Source of the DNA: Thermoplasmatota archaeon
GTDB taxonomy: Archaea; Thermoplasmatota; Penumbrarchaeia; Penumbrarchaeales; Penumbrarchaeaceae
DNA: 10,055 nt
Assembly: GCA_965234725.1 (NCBI GenBank)
Contig: CBDDUX010000098.1
Location: forward strand, 1-10,055
Direction: 5' to 3'
Shown: positions 6,759-10,055 of the stretch, in pieces
Layout: every line of letters begins with the position of its first letter
Position numbering within the stretch: position 1 is the stretch's first letter
Notes under the pieces: generated by a model
The model's database searches: none
The model's input: only the letters and a program-made list of their open reading frames with translations
Told to the model about the DNA's origin: nothing
Position numbers and translations under genes: made by a program

Positions 6759-8114
6759 ATGAATCTTGATCCAGCTACGACAAAGTACCTTATTGAAGCC
6801 AAATTAGTGGCAGATGGAGTGGTAGAAAAACCTGATGTTGTTGGTGCTATTTTCGGTCAGACAGAGGGTTTGTTAGGAGACGAGCTTGACCTTAGGGACC
6901 TCCAGAAGACCGGCAGAATGGGACGCATTGAGGTTGACATATCTTCCAAGAAGGGAAAATCTGACGGAAGCGTCCTTATCCCATCTTCTCTTGATCAGGT
7001 GGAGACAGCGATCCTTGCTGCCGCTCTTGAGACGATCGACAGGATAGGCCCCTGCAGGGCAAAGATCTCAATTGAGAAGATCGAGGATGTAAGGGTTACT
7101 AAGAAACAGAGGATTATCGACAGGGCCAAGGAGCTTCTCAATGATATGATGGGAGCCTCAAAGATCTCAGGGGTCGATCTTACCGATTCAGTAAGACAGG
7201 CTGTTCAGATAGATGAGGTGATCCTATTTGGAGATGATAAATGCCCGGCAGGACCAAACGTTGAAACATCCGATGCGATCATTGTGGTCGAGGGACGTTC
7301 AGATGTTATCAACCTGTTAAAATATGGTATCAAGAATACCATTGCTGTAGGCGGTACGAATGTCCCTGAGTCAGTCCAGAAGATCACATCCGAGAAGGTT
7401 GTGACAGCTTTTGTTGATGGAGACAGGGGCGGTGAATTGATCCTTAAGGAACTTTTCCAGGTTGCTGAGGTCGATTTCGTTGCTAGGGCTCCAAAATCAC
7501 TTGAGGTCGAGGAGCTTACCCAGAAGCAGATAATCAAGGCTCTCCGTAACAAGATACCTATTGAACAATATCTTGAGATGAACGATCTCCTCCAAGAATT
7601 CCAGAATAAGCAGGAAAACGGCAAAAACGGGGATAACCAGAGACCGAGAGAGGAGAAGAACGTAAATGAGAGGGACCGGTCGGATAAGAAGGTTGCCCCT
7701 AGGCCCCAGAGGAAGGAGGTAGAAAGACAGCCTCCCAAACCTGAAAGGGTCGAGAGAGAGGAAAGGGAGGAACCACCTCAGGAAGAACCTAAACCCAAAG
7801 AAGATGACAAGATGGATGCCGAGATCTCCAGGTATAGGGATATCCTGAAGAAGCTATCTGGAACCCTCAGGGCAATGTTGATAAATCAAAAGGGTGAGGT
7901 TGTACAAGAGCTTGCAGTCAGGCAGCTTGCAGACACATTGAAATCTCCACCCACAGGCATTCAGACAGTTGTATTCGATGGTATAATCTCCCAAAGGCTC
8001 CTGGACATTGCTTCAGAGCAGGGGATCAAGTTCCTTGTAGGTTCCAAGAAAGGGAACCTAACAAAGGAACCGGAAGGGGTCCTTGTCCTTTCGAAGGAAG
8101 ACCTCAGTATGTAA
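6759..8114 (+). CDS. dnaG: Archaeal DnaG (bacterial-type primase homolog, exosome-associated)
   Basis: N-terminal GVVEKPDVVGAIFGQTEGLLGDELDLRDLQKTGRMGRI, TOPRIM motifs IIVVEGRSDV and AFVDGDRGGE, a charged linker and C-terminal VVFDGIISQRLLDIA. GGTGA SD at 6748-6752. Confidence 0.96.
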   Translation: MNLDPATTKYLIEAKLVADGVVEKPDVVGAIFGQTEGLLGDELDLRDLQKTGRMGRIEVDISSKKGKSDGSVLIPSSLDQVETAILAAALETIDRIGPCRAKISIEKIEDVRVTKKQRIIDRAKELLNDMMGASKISGVDLTDSVRQAVQIDEVILFGDDKCPAGPNVETSDAIIVVEGRSDVINLLKYGIKNTIAVGGTNVPESVQKITSEKVVTAFVDGDRGGELILKELFQVAEVDFVARAPKSLEVEELTQKQIIKALRNKIPIEQYLEMNDLLQEFQNKQENGKNGDNQRPREEKNVNERDRSDKKVAPRPQRKEVERQPPKPERVEREEREEPPQEEPKPKEDDKMDAEISRYRDILKKLSGTLRAMLINQKGEVVQELAVRQLADTLKSPPTGIQTVVFDGIISQRLLDIASEQGIKFLVGSKKGNLTKEPEGVLVLSKEDLSM

Positions 8115-8166
8115 TGGTTGAGGAAAACCCACAAAAGTGGAACACTTACTGCCGCTCGGTGATATG

Positions 8167-9753
8167 ATGGAAACAGCGAAAATACCCCGGAAAAGGGGAA
8201 GGTCCAGAAAGAAGGATACAGAAGGATCCCCTTTATTGGGGTCGGATGCTGTTGAGGATACATCCGAGGTGGCAATACCAACCGATCCTCTTAACAGGGT
8301 CATAGGCCAGGAAGATGCTGTCATCATCTCCAAGATAGCTGCAAGCCAGAGGAGACATCTCCTCCTTGTAGGTCCTCCAGGTACAGGCAAGTCAATGATT
8401 GCACAGGCCCTTGCTCTCCATCTACCACCACCAAGATCCCAGGTATACGTCGTATCCAACCCTGAATATCCTGAACGCCCTTTTATCCAGGTCAAGACCA
8501 GGGATGAAGTGGAAAAGGAAAATGAAATGACCTTGATGATCAAAGAGAACCTCATCTCACCCGTAGAAGCCCCTGTGGACGTTGCCGAGAGGTTGGGTTA
8601 CAGGTGTTCAAGATGCGGAACCTATTCTCCACTGGATCAGCTTATCTGCCCCAATTGCCAATCGGCCAAATCTCCGGATAAGGGCCCCAAGGTCGCAAGG
8701 GTGGATATGGGCATGAACAATATGCTTCAGGGCCTGGAGGATATCCTGAAAGTGACTTTGAACCAGCTAGGTGGACAGAAGAATAGGATCCAGACAACAA
8801 GGCTCATCAATGGAAAGGAAGAGGTTGTGGTCTACGAATCGGCAGGTCCAAAGATTAAGGTGCTGGACCAGAAAGCCTTGGAAGCAAGAAGGGAGAAGGA
8901 AAGGGCATCTCCTAAAAAGGTCCTTATCCCCTTGAAAAGGCAGAACTTCGTAATGGCCACTGGTGCCTCTGAGACGGAACTGCTTGGAGATGTCAGACAC
9001 GACCCTTACGGAGGTCATAAAGGACTTGGTACTCCTCCTTATGAGAGGGTCGTACCCGGTGCCATCCACGAAGCCCATGAAGGTGTCCTTTTCATAGATG
9101 AACTGCCACATCTGGGTTCACTGCAGAGGTTCATACTTACAGCAATGCAGGAGAAGCTATTCTCTATCTCAGGAAGGAATCCGCAGAGTGCGGGAGCAAG
9201 TGTAAAGGTTGACAATGTTCCCTGCGATTTTGTTTTCGTTGGAGCATGTAATATCCAGGACCTCCACCATATCATTTCCCCATTGAGGTCCAGGATCACA
9301 GGCTCCGGATATGAGGTCCTTGTTGCGAATACCATGGATGATACTCCTGAGAACAGGGCCAAATTCCTCCAGTTCGTGGCTCAGGAGATCCGGATGGATG
9401 GCAGGATCCCCCACGCTGATGGAGAAGCGGTCCAGGACTTGATCAAAGAGGCAAGAAGGCGTGCAAGGTTGCTGGATAGAAAGAACAAAGCCTTGACCCT
9501 GAGATTGAGAGATATGGGAGGGGTTATCAGGGCTGCCGGAGACCTGGCAGTTGCCCGCAGTGGCGACCTTATTACCTCCAAGGATGTCCATATGGCAATA
9601 AAAAGGGCCAGGACAGCCGAAGAGCAGATCAAGGAGAGGTTCGGAGCCTACCAGGGAGCTGTAATGAATGAGATGTCCGAATCCCAATCCAAACAGATAT
9701 CCCCATACAATTACTGGAATGAGAATTCAGATGATATTGTGGGCTATGAATAA
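8167..9753 (+). CDS. LonB-like AAA+ ATPase lacking the Lon protease domain, with a zinc-ribbon insertion
   Basis: DPLNRVIGQEDAV, Walker A GPPGTGKS (8371-8394), LLGDVRHDPY, GAIHEAHEGVLFIDE (Walker B), PLRSRI Arg finger and LTLRLRDMGGVIRAAGDLA are all typical of the archaeal LonB ATPase module. The protein ends about 60 aa later with no Ser-Lys protease domain. The start is set at ATG 8167 (8164 possible) from GGTGA at 8158-8162; the ORF track uses GTG 8137. Confidence 0.88.
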   Translation: METAKIPRKRGRSRKKDTEGSPLLGSDAVEDTSEVAIPTDPLNRVIGQEDAVIISKIAASQRRHLLLVGPPGTGKSMIAQALALHLPPPRSQVYVVSNPEYPERPFIQVKTRDEVEKENEMTLMIKENLISPVEAPVDVAERLGYRCSRCGTYSPLDQLICPNCQSAKSPDKGPKVARVDMGMNNMLQGLEDILKVTLNQLGGQKNRIQTTRLINGKEEVVVYESAGPKIKVLDQKALEARREKERASPKKVLIPLKRQNFVMATGASETELLGDVRHDPYGGHKGLGTPPYERVVPGAIHEAHEGVLFIDELPHLGSLQRFILTAMQEKLFSISGRNPQSAGASVKVDNVPCDFVFVGACNIQDLHHIISPLRSRITGSGYEVLVANTMDDTPENRAKFLQFVAQEIRMDGRIPHADGEAVQDLIKEARRRARLLDRKNKALTLRLRDMGGVIRAAGDLAVARSGDLITSKDVHMAIKRARTAEEQIKERFGAYQGAVMNEMSESQSKQISPYNYWNENSDDIVGYE

Positions 9754-9782
9754 CAACAAGCATCCCAGGACGTGAGACAGAT

Positions 9783-10055
9783 ATGACCAAAAAGAAGGAT
9801 GTAGCACCCGAGACCCAGGAAAATGCCGAGCCAAAGACCGAGGAGGTTTTGGCTGTCCTTGACAATAAGGAAGAGGAGAAAGCCCAGGGTCCGGCGGATG
9901 AACCTGAAAAGGAAGAAGTATCTTCAAAGAAGGACACTGACGAAGTGGTGACCTCCAAGGAAGATGAGGACCCACCCGAACCAGCAACCGGACAGGAACC
10001 TGGAGCAGGTGAAGAAGCTGTTGAACCGAAAGGGCCTTCTGACGAAGAAGTTGTT
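9783..10055 (+). CDS. 3'-truncated gene; only an acidic low-complexity N-terminal region is visible
   Basis: ATG 9783 opens a frame to the window end (91 codons, MTKKKDVAPETQENAEPKTEEV...EPKGPSDEEVV), rich in E/D/P/K. It has a GTGAG SD-like element upstream and starts 29 nt after the ATPase stop. It is absent from the ORF track because it lacks a stop. Confidence 0.8.
   Translation, partial: MTKKKDVAPETQENAEPKTEEVLAVLDNKEEEKAQGPADEPEKEEVSSKKDTDEVVTSKEDEDPPEPATGQEPGAGEEAVEPKGPSDEEVV

Noticed and set aside
7600..7815. Charged low-complexity segment in DnaG as a novel insertion or intein
   Set aside because: A variable charged linker between TOPRIM and the C-terminal domain is normal for archaeal DnaG, and there are no intein splice motifs.
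7205..9987. Multiple - strand ORFs (e.g. 7205..7738, 8058..8555, 9169..9687, 9629..9958) antisense to dnaG, the ATPase and the last gene
   Set aside because: They are Ser/Phe-rich mirror translations of purine-rich coding strands with no independent support.

Overview
Archaeal chromosomal window, most likely Thermoplasmatota. This is inferred from the Trm56-HD fusion, archaeal-type glyS and dnaG, TATA/BRE promoters and GGTGA Shine-Dalgarno sites. On the left (+) are the 3' end of a membrane-anchored surface protein gene with an unusual multi-anchor tail, a tandem winged-helix regulator and an HExxH M50-like membrane peptidase. In the middle (-) are a conserved archaeal ArsR-like wHTH protein, tRNA Cm56 methyltransferase fused to an HD domain, a 64-aa Cys-rich protein and glycyl-tRNA synthetase. 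A ~380-bp divergent intergenic region carries two TATA boxes, a 22-bp tandem repeat and a structured ~200-nt dnaG leader. On the right (+) are dnaG, a LonB-like AAA+ ATPase lacking the protease domain and the acidic N-terminus of a truncated gene. Most of the window is housekeeping. The most intriguing signals are a shared SHOCT-like C-terminal motif in the membrane protein and its neighbouring regulator next to a membrane peptidase (possible membrane-tethered signalling module), the structured dnaG leader, and a 17-codon ORF overlapping both the dnaG stop and the ATPase start. No CRISPR, rRNA, tRNA or mobile element was seen.
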